In this document: one piece after another, positions 1 through 7,509 of the stretch | Numbering within the stretch: the first letter of the stretch is position 1 | How the letters are laid out: every line of letters starts with the position of its first letter | Virus record (IMG/VR): IMGVR_UViG_3300039208_000711 | Reading direction: 5' to 3' (one strand) | DNA length: 42,299 nt | DNA from: a virus | Notes under the pieces: generated by a model | The model's input: the letters and a program-made list of their open reading frames with translations, nothing else | What the model was told of the DNA's origin: nothing | The model's database searches: none | Made by a program: the position numbers and the translations under genes

Positions 1-99
1 AGCACCAAAAAGAATCCCAATGACTGGGATCTTGAAAAAGCAATTGAGTTAACCAGCAAGTTGGGTTACTGTCTGAATATCAAGACCAACCTTGCACAC
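1..99. repeat. Terminal direct repeat, copy A (identical to 42201-42299)
   Basis: The first 99 nt recur exactly as the last 99 nt. The match ends only because the window ends. Confidence 0.95.
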
Positions 100-183
100 A
101 AGACAGACCTGGAGCAGAGGCTGAAATATCTTGAGAACATCAACTCTTCAAAGAAAAAGCATGAGGAGTTTGCAACACAATGA
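1..183 (+). CDS. 3' part of a junction-spanning ORF (5' part at 42099-42299); 94-aa basic helical protein, possible small terminase or DNA-binding protein
   Basis: Frame 1 is open from nt 1 to TGA 181-183 and continues the ORF that starts at ATG 42099. Its stop overlaps the next start (ATGA at 180-183). It lies two genes upstream of the large terminase. Confidence 0.5.
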   Translation, partial: STKKNPNDWDLEKAIELTSKLGYCLNIKTNLAHKTDLEQRLKYLENINSSKKKHEEFATQ

Positions 184-398
184 AGAACTTCTTAGCGTTC
201 CCAAATGCTACGGATGAGGAAATGAAATCCATCATCGAACAACTAAAACAACTCAAACCTAGACATTTCGTGAGAGACTATCCTATTACAATTACCAATT
301 CAACACAAGAAAATCTGTGGTATTGTGAAACCACTGATGATGACAGGCAATGGAAACAATGTGCCCATCATGCGTTGAAGAGGCTGAATCTAAAATGA
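180..398 (+). CDS. Hypothetical protein (72 aa)
   Basis: ORF from the track. It has ATGA overlaps with both neighbouring ORFs. Confidence 0.5.
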   Translation: MKNFLAFPNATDEEMKSIIEQLKQLKPRHFVRDYPITITNSTQENLWYCETTDDDRQWKQCAHHALKRLNLK

Positions 399-562
399 CT
401 TTTGATAATCCCGGAAACCTCCTTACTTCAAAGGATGTGGAACATGTCTTAATGCCCAACAACTATATCTGTCCTAAATGCGGCGGAGTTCTCTTAGTGA
501 TGAATACATGGGCCACTTGTAGACATTGTAAGAAATACTCCATACATTTTGAGAATAAATGA
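350..562 (+). CDS. Zinc-ribbon protein (CPSC, CPKC and CRHC motifs)
   Basis: Three CxxC pairs. An alternative start at ATG 395 forms an ATGA overlap with the upstream stop and would give 55 aa. The end overlaps the terminase start. Confidence 0.55.
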   Translation: METMCPSCVEEAESKMTFDNPGNLLTSKDVEHVLMPNNYICPKCGGVLLVMNTWATCRHCKKYSIHFENK

Positions 563-2352
563 GTAGTTTTGAGAAACGCCTTGAGACCGTAGAAGCAAGA
601 GATTTAGAACCTGATGATTCATCCTTTCTTCCCACACTGCCAAGAAACACGCTCGACTGGATAGAGGCCGCCCGACCAAACATAGGAAACAAGACCAGAA
701 ATTTCAATCTCTATCCATACTGGCTTGACATCTATGAGGACAATCATCCAAACATCCAAGTCATGGCAGCTCGACAGACATTCAAGACTACCGCCTGCTC
801 TGACATACTGGCATGTGCCGCAACATCGATTCCAAACATAGAGATATCCTACATTGTAGACAACGAGGCACATAGGACAGCATTCAGCAATCAAAGACTG
901 AGAAGGGACACCTTTCTTTCCAATCCAGTCTTGAAGCAGTTTCTTCCTCATGGAGGCCGAGCCAACGTAGGCACCATTAACATGCTGAACAATTCAGTAA
1001 TCTATCTTCTTACTGATGAAAGGGAATACAATCAGGCAGAAGGAAAATCAAACTATCTTGTGGTTGAGGACGAGAAACAGTATCAGGATGTTGCATTCGA
1101 GCCCAAGGTCATGTACACTCTCTCTGCCACAAAGGGGAGAATGCTCGGTTTCGGAATAGGAGGGGAAGCCGGCTCTGACTATGACCGACTTTGGCAAAGA
1201 ACAGACCAGAGAGAGTGGGTATATGATGATCCATACTGGAGAGGCAAACTGCAATTCGACAATCTTGGAAACATAACCAATTCAGATGACGAGTTGAAAT
1301 CCATCCTTGCAGGAAGATGGGTCGCACAAAAGCCTGAAAACACACAGTATAGGGGATACCATATACCTCAGACCATAGTGCCTACAATCCCATTAACAAT
1401 ACAGGATGCCATAGACAAATATCACATACAGCCAGAGCTATCAATAGAATACCAACAAAAGAACTTTCCACAATCCATCTTTCTTTCACATACGATGGCA
1501 CAGATGTACAAGGCTGAAAGAAGGCCAATCACCCCCGAAATGGTGTATGCCTGCATGCACCCGTACAGATACATTGGTTTGCTCTCTGCAGGCGAGGTGC
1601 GCAAGCTCAAGGAAACATTCAAGAACGAGATAAGAGTACTAATGGGTGTTGACTTTGGAAGTGGACCCGCAGCTTCGAGCACAGTTGTCTCTATTATCAT
1701 CCATTGGAGAAAAAGTGGAAGATATCAAATTGTACACATTGAATCCCGCCCTCAAGAGCACCAACTCGATCAGTGTAAATACATTGCGGAGCTTGGTGAC
1801 ATCTATGAGATTGACCATGGAGTCGGTGACCTTGGATATGGACAAATTCAAGTCAAACTTATCCAGGATGGAGGAACAGACTCAAAAGGGAATTCTTTCA
1901 GAGGTCTGGGAAGAAAGAAATTCCAAGGGTGTCGCACTATTGGAGACGAGACAAAGCCAAGGGAGCAATACCTAACGGACACTGATGAACATGGAACACA
2001 ACTCGGAAGATATCAAATCGATAAAACTACTAGCATTCAAGCCTTCATTGACCGTATCGGAACCAGAATACCACATCCAATTAAACGGGTTCCGGAATAT
2101 TCCAGGCCTCTTCTATGTATCCCATTCAAAAACGAGTGGGAAACAGACTGGCTTGTCAAGGACTTCTGTAGCATCACTCGTAAGGACCTGAGCAAGGATC
2201 CTGATGTTGCACTGGAGGAAGACCCAAGACAAAGAGCAAGAAAGGAGTTTAATCACCCGCCTGATTCTGTAATGTCAATAATTTACTGCTTTGTAGCAGA
2301 CGAAAACTATCGCGAGGGAGCAGCCCGCCTGTTTGGGACCAGAAGAAACTAA
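559..2352 (+). CDS. terL: Terminase large subunit
   Basis: 597 aa. Walker A-like AARQTFKTT, Walker B YLVVEDE, and RNaseH-like nuclease motif GVDFGSG. It sits directly upstream of a portal-sized gene. Confidence 0.9.
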   Translation: MSSFEKRLETVEARDLEPDDSSFLPTLPRNTLDWIEAARPNIGNKTRNFNLYPYWLDIYEDNHPNIQVMAARQTFKTTACSDILACAATSIPNIEISYIVDNEAHRTAFSNQRLRRDTFLSNPVLKQFLPHGGRANVGTINMLNNSVIYLLTDEREYNQAEGKSNYLVVEDEKQYQDVAFEPKVMYTLSATKGRMLGFGIGGEAGSDYDRLWQRTDQREWVYDDPYWRGKLQFDNLGNITNSDDELKSILAGRWVAQKPENTQYRGYHIPQTIVPTIPLTIQDAIDKYHIQPELSIEYQQKNFPQSIFLSHTMAQMYKAERRPITPEMVYACMHPYRYIGLLSAGEVRKLKETFKNEIRVLMGVDFGSGPAASSTVVSIIIHWRKSGRYQIVHIESRPQEHQLDQCKYIAELGDIYEIDHGVGDLGYGQIQVKLIQDGGTDSKGNSFRGLGRKKFQGCRTIGDETKPREQYLTDTDEHGTQLGRYQIDKTTSIQAFIDRIGTRIPHPIKRVPEYSRPLLCIPFKNEWETDWLVKDFCSITRKDLSKDPDVALEEDPRQRARKEFNHPPDSVMSIIYCFVADENYREGAARLFGTRRN

Positions 2353-2387
2353 AACCAGAGAACGAATCCTGACAAAGATTAATTAGG

Positions 2388-2411
2388 TGTTAATCATTAA
2401 TGTTAATCATT
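2388..2411 (+). repeat. Tandem direct repeat, 2 x TGTTAATCATT with a 13-bp period
   Basis: Copies at 2388-2398 and 2401-2411 are identical. They lie in the terminase-downstream intergenic region and resemble the repeat at 6971-6994. Confidence 0.8.
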
Positions 2412-2582
2412 GATATGGTGAGGTGTCAACGCTGTCAAAAAACCGTGCGCACAGGATACTCATCACGCAACTTCCGTGAATGGGGACTATGCAAGATGTG
2501 CGCTCATGAGGAACACCCAGAAGTATACCGACCTCGCATCTATGAAAAACTGATTCAGGAAAGAGACTCCAACAAAGTTTAA
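2400..2582 (+). CDS. Zinc-ribbon protein (CQRC and CKMC motifs)
   Basis: ORF from the track with two CxxC pairs. An alternative in-frame start is ATG 2415. Confidence 0.5.
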   Translation: MLIIDMVRCQRCQKTVRTGYSSRNFREWGLCKMCAHEEHPEVYRPRIYEKLIQERDSNKV

Positions 2583-2592
2583 CACTTGTATA
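2578..2592 (+). promoter_or_regulatory. Late promoter motif TTTAACACTTGTATA (copy 1)
   Basis: The motif ends 22 nt before ATG 2614 (portal). It is one of five near-identical copies. Confidence 0.6.
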
Positions 2593-2613
2593 ACAAAACC
2601 CCGACTTTAACTC

Positions 2614-4362
2614 ATGGGTCTCTTTAACAAGATAGCAGAGAAACTGTACACTTCACCAACAAATAGCGATTCAACAAAATCCAGATATTCTCCTGTCAAC
2701 AAAGAGACCAAATCATACTCACGCAACTCCAACAAACTGAATTTATCCCACATGTCAACCATGATTAATGAAATTACAAACAACGGACTTGGGTTCTCGC
2801 TTCCCGTGTTCGGGCCAAACGTCTCAATATCTGGAGACTATTCAAGGGAAGGTTATGCATCCCAAACCTTTGATACCCCTCCAATGTCCTTCAAGCAACT
2901 GGCACTAGTACTGGAACAGGACGAGGATGCAAGACAGGCAATAAATCATCTTACCTCAATGATTACCGGAGGATCACATTACTGGAAGGCCACTACCGAC
3001 GAGTATGGCGATTATCTTAACAAAATATCTAAGCAAATTGACTTTGACTGGCTTGACTCGCTGATGGTGCAGGAAGCGTTGTGGTATGGAAACACTGTAT
3101 GGAAGCCAAGGATGGGAATAGCAAACGTCAGAAACAAGGAAGATCTTTTGTGGATTCCAATATCTTCCCTAAAGAGGGTATGGTGGGACAGGCAGAGACA
3201 GCCATACGTGTATGAGTTCAGGGGTCCGCAATACCAGGGATACCACCAGGTAAGAGATTACTTTAAGGCAGACATCAACGCAATGGATCTCATACATATA
3301 GTGTGGAATCCAGTTGATGCGTCCGTGTTTGGTACCGGACTTGGAGTGCCCATATGTATCCAGAGAGAGTATCAGGTCAACACCACAGACGGATTAGACG
3401 ACAGAAGATCCACATCACTGATAGACCAGAAACTGCAGACAAGAGATACCATGCTCAAGGCACAGTCAAGATATCTTACAAGAAACGTGTACAGCATTCC
3501 TGACGGTGAGGATGATGACGTCACCGCATTGAGAAGCGACCTAAAAGATTTGGAACCATTGGAGGACGTGGTTGCAGGAAACAAGATAGAAGTACAGGAG
3601 CTTGGAAGCGTGCAGAGGGAGTTTGACCCAACACTGCACAGCGACTTGATAAAGGGACCAATCATGCAGTCCCTTGGAACCAACGTCGGAAAGCAGTCAG
3701 GGGAATCATCGCACACATATGCCAACGCAGAAACTGCAAAAGAGATGGAACAAATTGGACTATCCTCATTCCCGCTAATCATTGGAAGACAGATTCAAGA
3801 CCAACTGTTCAAGCCAATCTACGAATCAATGCCAACTTACGATCCAATGTATTACTCTGGAATGCTTGCAGTCCCTTGGGAGCACATGGAACCGGAACTA
3901 ATCTTTGGAAGACAGGAAAAGAAGACTATAGAGACAGATCAGGCAATCAAGTTACTGGAGATAGCAATGCAATCAAGATCCATGCCAGATCCGTTGGAGG
4001 TAAGGCAAATCCTCTCAGATCTTGGACTGCCTGTAAAGCAAAAGTACACTGACCAGCTTAATTCCGTATACAACAACTATCAGGTGATGCCTCCTTACAT
4101 GCAACAACCGCAGGCTGATTTTAGCACTTATGGAGCCGACCAAGCCCCCCGACCACAGGACACAGGATATTACACACCTGATGCAAATAACCCTAATCCT
4201 AGATACCCTCAACCATTGCCAGACGGACAGCCGGTAGTGCAGTCATATCCTAACGCCACTGTAACTCCTGGAATGGATCCCAGACCGAGTGACCCAAGAG
4301 CCAACTTTGATGCCATATCCCGCGTACAAATGACTACTAAAGACAAAAAGGGAAATGCCTGA
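2614..4362 (+). CDS. Portal protein (putative)
   Basis: 582 aa, immediately after the terminase and preceded by the late promoter motif. The call rests on size and position only. The C-terminal tail is P/Q/Y-rich. Confidence 0.7.
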   Translation: MGLFNKIAEKLYTSPTNSDSTKSRYSPVNKETKSYSRNSNKLNLSHMSTMINEITNNGLGFSLPVFGPNVSISGDYSREGYASQTFDTPPMSFKQLALVLEQDEDARQAINHLTSMITGGSHYWKATTDEYGDYLNKISKQIDFDWLDSLMVQEALWYGNTVWKPRMGIANVRNKEDLLWIPISSLKRVWWDRQRQPYVYEFRGPQYQGYHQVRDYFKADINAMDLIHIVWNPVDASVFGTGLGVPICIQREYQVNTTDGLDDRRSTSLIDQKLQTRDTMLKAQSRYLTRNVYSIPDGEDDDVTALRSDLKDLEPLEDVVAGNKIEVQELGSVQREFDPTLHSDLIKGPIMQSLGTNVGKQSGESSHTYANAETAKEMEQIGLSSFPLIIGRQIQDQLFKPIYESMPTYDPMYYSGMLAVPWEHMEPELIFGRQEKKTIETDQAIKLLEIAMQSRSMPDPLEVRQILSDLGLPVKQKYTDQLNSVYNNYQVMPPYMQQPQADFSTYGADQAPRPQDTGYYTPDANNPNPRYPQPLPDGQPVVQSYPNATVTPGMDPRPSDPRANFDAISRVQMTTKDKKGNA

Positions 4363-5644
4363 AAAACTTCATAGGTGTGTAGATGATGTCACGTCTCAGG
4401 GAAATTCTGAGGATTCTGCGTGGGCTATATGCAAATCTAGTATCGATGAAACGGAAATGTTTTTCTCGTTTGAGGAACCGAACGACCTAAAAGTAGAAGA
4501 GGCATTCCAAGCATTCACACATTCCTCAAGCTTTGTTGGAAACGTTCGATACGATCCTGACACACAAAAGATGCACGTACTTCTTAACGGAAAAGGCTAT
4601 GATTTGTGTGGAATATCACAAAGGGAATATGATGCGTTTGAGGGAGCAACATCAAAAGGATCATACTTTAACCGCATACTGAAAGGAAACAAGAACTGTG
4701 GAATTGGAGAAATCACAAATCCCCAGAATGTTCCCGAAATAAATTGGCTTACCACACAATGGCCTCCTCAGATTAACGGCGAATACCAACTTCCCCCAGT
4801 ATCCATATACATGCAGCCCAACATCCCTTATCCTCCAGTAGTGGAGAATGTGGTTCCAAACTCTTTGTCAGGGATTGCCATAGGTGCAAAGCCATACAGA
4901 GAGAACGAATCCACGGGACAGCATATCATAGATCCATTGGGTGCAGCTTCAACAATGCAAAACGAGGAAGGACACAACATACACAAGAGTATTTCTGGAA
5001 TTCCTGCAGACTATGAGACAAGACCAGAAGACCTGTCATATACGATAAAGGAAACAATGTCCGAATTGCAGTCCCAGTTCAGGTGGATGTCTCCTGATTA
5101 CATAGCAAGGGCAAAGGCAGTATCTTCCCAGAATGGTGGTGCAGTGCTGTTAATCAGGGCAGCAGCCGAGACCATCACGGATCACAGAGCAGGTGCTCCT
5201 CCTGGAACTTTGCATTCACAATACAGAAGACTACTCTCTTCAAACGAGCTGATGGCAATGGCAAGAACCGCTACAAGCAAGGGTGCAGACATTAATCATT
5301 ATGGCACATCATTCCAGACTAACGGAGTGGTTTTGGATTCAGAGTTTGACCCCGAAAGAAAGGAAATTCAGATGATAGTGTACGAGCAGGATCCCGAGAT
5401 AATTGCCGCAATACAGTCAGGACAGCTAAATCAGGTATCAATCAACGGCGGCTCCCCAAGAAACACAGTTGTTACATGCTCCACTGGAGAATGCTTTGCA
5501 GAACCAAGAGGAGTCATACTGGGAGAAAAAGACAACATCGCGTTTGCATATGTGGTGACAGACCCCAACGGGATGAGATGGAGAGGTCAGGTAATCCCCT
5601 ATGAGACACCGGGCATCAAGACTACAAAGATTGAGATATTGTAA
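4355..5644 (+). CDS. KTSC-domain protein fused to an HK97-type prohead protease (putative)
   Basis: VRYDPDTQKMHV...YDLCGISQREYDAFEGATSKGSYFNRIL fits the KTSC domain pattern. The C-terminal ADINHYG...(~45 aa)...LNQVSINGG fits the His and Ser motifs of S78-like proteases. The start overlaps the portal stop. Confidence 0.5.
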   Translation: MPEKLHRCVDDVTSQGNSEDSAWAICKSSIDETEMFFSFEEPNDLKVEEAFQAFTHSSSFVGNVRYDPDTQKMHVLLNGKGYDLCGISQREYDAFEGATSKGSYFNRILKGNKNCGIGEITNPQNVPEINWLTTQWPPQINGEYQLPPVSIYMQPNIPYPPVVENVVPNSLSGIAIGAKPYRENESTGQHIIDPLGAASTMQNEEGHNIHKSISGIPADYETRPEDLSYTIKETMSELQSQFRWMSPDYIARAKAVSSQNGGAVLLIRAAAETITDHRAGAPPGTLHSQYRRLLSSNELMAMARTATSKGADINHYGTSFQTNGVVLDSEFDPERKEIQMIVYEQDPEIIAAIQSGQLNQVSINGGSPRNTVVTCSTGECFAEPRGVILGEKDNIAFAYVVTDPNGMRWRGQVIPYETPGIKTTKIEIL

Positions 5645-5720
5645 ATAGCCCCTGTTGGATTTGCACCAACGTCACAAGATTCAGAGCCTTGTATGCTTGA
5701 CTGCTACACCAAAGGGCTGA

Positions 5721-5795
5721 TAGCCCTAGAAAGATTCGAACTTTCGTTGCCGGCTTCAAAGGCCGGAGTGATTGACCTGACTACACCATAGGACT
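5721..5795 (-). tRNA. tRNA-Gln (anticodon TTG)
   Basis: Hand-folded cloverleaf. The acceptor is AGTCCTA/TAGGGCT with one G-U pair. D loop is AGTCAGGTCAA. Anticodon arm is CCGGC-CTTTGAA-GCCGG. T arm is GAAAG-TTCGAAT-CTTTC. It has A1-U72 and A73, and no encoded CCA. Confidence 0.8.
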
Positions 5796-5798
5796 GAG

Positions 5799-5871
5799 GC
5801 CTTCGAGAGAGAATCGAACTCCCACCTAGAGGATCACAACCTCGTATGCTGACCATTACACTATCAAAGGC
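5799..5871 (-). tRNA. tRNA-His (anticodon GTG) with encoded G-1
   Basis: Acceptor is CCTTTGA/TCGAAGG. Anticodon loop is TTGTGAT. T arm is GGGAG-TTCGATT-CTCTC. An extra 5' G (complement of nt 5871) sits opposite discriminator C73, the hallmark of prokaryote-type tRNA-His. Confidence 0.8.
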
Positions 5872-6082
5872 ATAAGAAGGTAGGCGTAACCTGGACGCCT
5901 CGTTATTGTAGCAGTGGGCAAGTTGCATTTTCTCCATATGGGATATCTCTTTCAATCCCCCACAGCAAGTCGCTACGCTTACAATCTCCCACCCCCATAG
6001 TCTAAGACCGTATTGTTCTTTCGAACGCACCAGGTCGAGTGTGGAGCCTTCATTTCTCCTCAAATTAAAAGTGTAATAAACT

Positions 6083-6097
6083 TTTAACACTTGTATA
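6083..6097 (+). promoter_or_regulatory. Late promoter motif TTTAACACTTGTATA (copy 2)
   Basis: The motif ends 24 nt before ATG 6121. The ORF track wrongly starts the ORF at the TTG inside the motif (6091). Confidence 0.6.
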
Positions 6098-6120
6098 GCA
6101 AACAAGACCTCATACAAATC

Positions 6121-6936
6121 ATGGATAATGAGTGTAAACAAAAATTCCTCAACAGCAGAAATCTGGTAGAAATAAACAAAGTACTAGAGACTGCTGGCGC
6201 TCCAAATTCTGCTAAAGAACTGGCCCGTATTGCCGTGAGCTTGCCAAGTGCACAAGAGACCTTGCGTACCCAATACATGAACATGGCATTGACTGAGGCC
6301 GAAGAGGCAGAAAAGAAAAAGACTGTTACAGAGGTTGACGGCGGAACTTCACACTCCAGTACCAGTACTGAAGGCCTTCCAAAAGAGGGTGAAGAAGTGA
6401 CAAAGGACGATGTGAGAAAAGAGCCAGATACCAAGGACCAAATGGGTGCTGTCGTAAACGAAACAGATCACATGGGCCAAGGATATCAGCAACCACAACC
6501 ACCACAAATGCAGCAAATGAATGGCGGACAACAACAATGCCCTCCACCACAAATGCAGCAAATGGGACAGATGCCCCCACCTCCACAACAACCTCCAAAC
6601 CCAATGCAGCAAATGCAATACACATTGAACACAATTCAAGAAGCAATCAAGAACATCGATGGTAGAATAAACAAGATTGAAGAGACTCAATCTCAAATGC
6701 CACAGAATGGCTCAATCGAGGTTGGATCTAGAATTGTTCCTACATATGGAGAAACTGGTTCTGTAAGGGAAACAACTTCATTTACAGCACAAAACATTCT
6801 TGACAAGAGACTTTCTGGAATAAACGAGGATCACATTACATCCAAACACGTCTTAATTGAAAAAGACTCAAACGAGCTTTCAAGATTAAACGACTATTTG
6901 GATTCCAAAAAGAACAACTACCCAGGTGTAGAATAA
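6121..6936 (+). CDS. Scaffolding protein (putative), with a Q/P-rich repeat core
   Basis: It lies between the protease and the capsid genes. It has helical, charged ends and a PPQMQQM repeat core. The start was moved to ATG 6121, downstream of the promoter motif. Confidence 0.45.
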   Translation: MDNECKQKFLNSRNLVEINKVLETAGAPNSAKELARIAVSLPSAQETLRTQYMNMALTEAEEAEKKKTVTEVDGGTSHSSTSTEGLPKEGEEVTKDDVRKEPDTKDQMGAVVNETDHMGQGYQQPQPPQMQQMNGGQQQCPPPQMQQMGQMPPPPQQPPNPMQQMQYTLNTIQEAIKNIDGRINKIEETQSQMPQNGSIEVGSRIVPTYGETGSVRETTSFTAQNILDKRLSGINEDHITSKHVLIEKDSNELSRLNDYLDSKKNNYPGVE

Positions 6937-6970
6937 AATCACACCATTCATTATTTTTATTATTATGATA

Positions 6971-6994
6971 GTTGATAATCATTGTTGATAATCA
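6971..6994 (+). repeat. Tandem direct repeat, 2 x GTTGATAATCA with a 13-bp period
   Basis: Copies at 6971-6981 and 6984-6994 are identical. They lie 7 nt upstream of late promoter copy 3. Confidence 0.8.
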
Positions 6995-7000
6995 CTAGTG

Positions 7001-7015
7001 TTCAACACTTGTATA
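7001..7015 (+). promoter_or_regulatory. Late promoter motif TTCAACACTTGTATA (copy 3)
   Basis: The motif ends 26 nt before ATG 7041 (decoration and capsid operon). Confidence 0.6.
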
Positions 7016-7040
7016 CTTACCACTCTAATCAAGAAACAAT

Positions 7041-7508
7041 ATGGCAGATATATTCCCAGGTTTACATCAGGGATTCTTCGAAGGCGCAGATGTTCAAAGT
7101 TTTCTGGCCGATGAAGCTGTAGATGTCGGTGCTCCTGTAATATTCGTTGCAGGAACCTCTCCGGAACTAAAACCACGTGTAGAGCCAAACAACACCCAAG
7201 GCGCAAGAGCCGCAGGTGTAGTTGTAGGCGGTGACGCTGATGGTGTTATTCTAGGTTCAGGTGATGCCGGCAGAGCAGCCACTGCAGCAGGACAGTCAGT
7301 TTCTGTCTGTCTTAACGGAATCTGTAAGGTAAAAGTCAATGCAAGCGGAAACGCAATTGCAGTTGACGACCCATTGACCCTAGACGGCAATGACAACTTT
7401 GCAGAGAAGGCAGCAGCCAGTGACAATGTGTTCGGAAGAGCACTACAAGCATCAAGTGCAGACGGAGACGCTATACTATGCCAAGTAACTCAGGAGGGTG
7501 TACTCTAG
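7041..7508 (+). CDS. Head decoration protein (DUF2190-like, putative)
   Basis: 155 aa, Gly/Ala/Val-rich beta protein (GVVVGGDADGV...GICKVKV...GDAILCQV) immediately upstream of the capsid gene. Confidence 0.5.
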   Translation: MADIFPGLHQGFFEGADVQSFLADEAVDVGAPVIFVAGTSPELKPRVEPNNTQGARAAGVVVGGDADGVILGSGDAGRAATAAGQSVSVCLNGICKVKVNASGNAIAVDDPLTLDGNDNFAEKAAASDNVFGRALQASSADGDAILCQVTQEGVL

Positions 7509-7509
7509 A

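Noticed and set aside
5872-6060. A possible third tRNA (perhaps intron-containing) next to tRNA-His
   Set aside because: The only T-arm-like hairpin has the loop CCAGGTT rather than TTCRANN. I could not pair an acceptor stem or find a U33/R37 anticodon loop. It is kept only as an unclassified structured region.
5704-6141. 145-aa minus-strand ORF in the supplied track
   Set aside because: It runs straight through both tRNA cloverleaves and the late promoter motif. It has no coding-like composition or neighbouring coupled genes. The tRNAs and non-coding RNA explain the region better.
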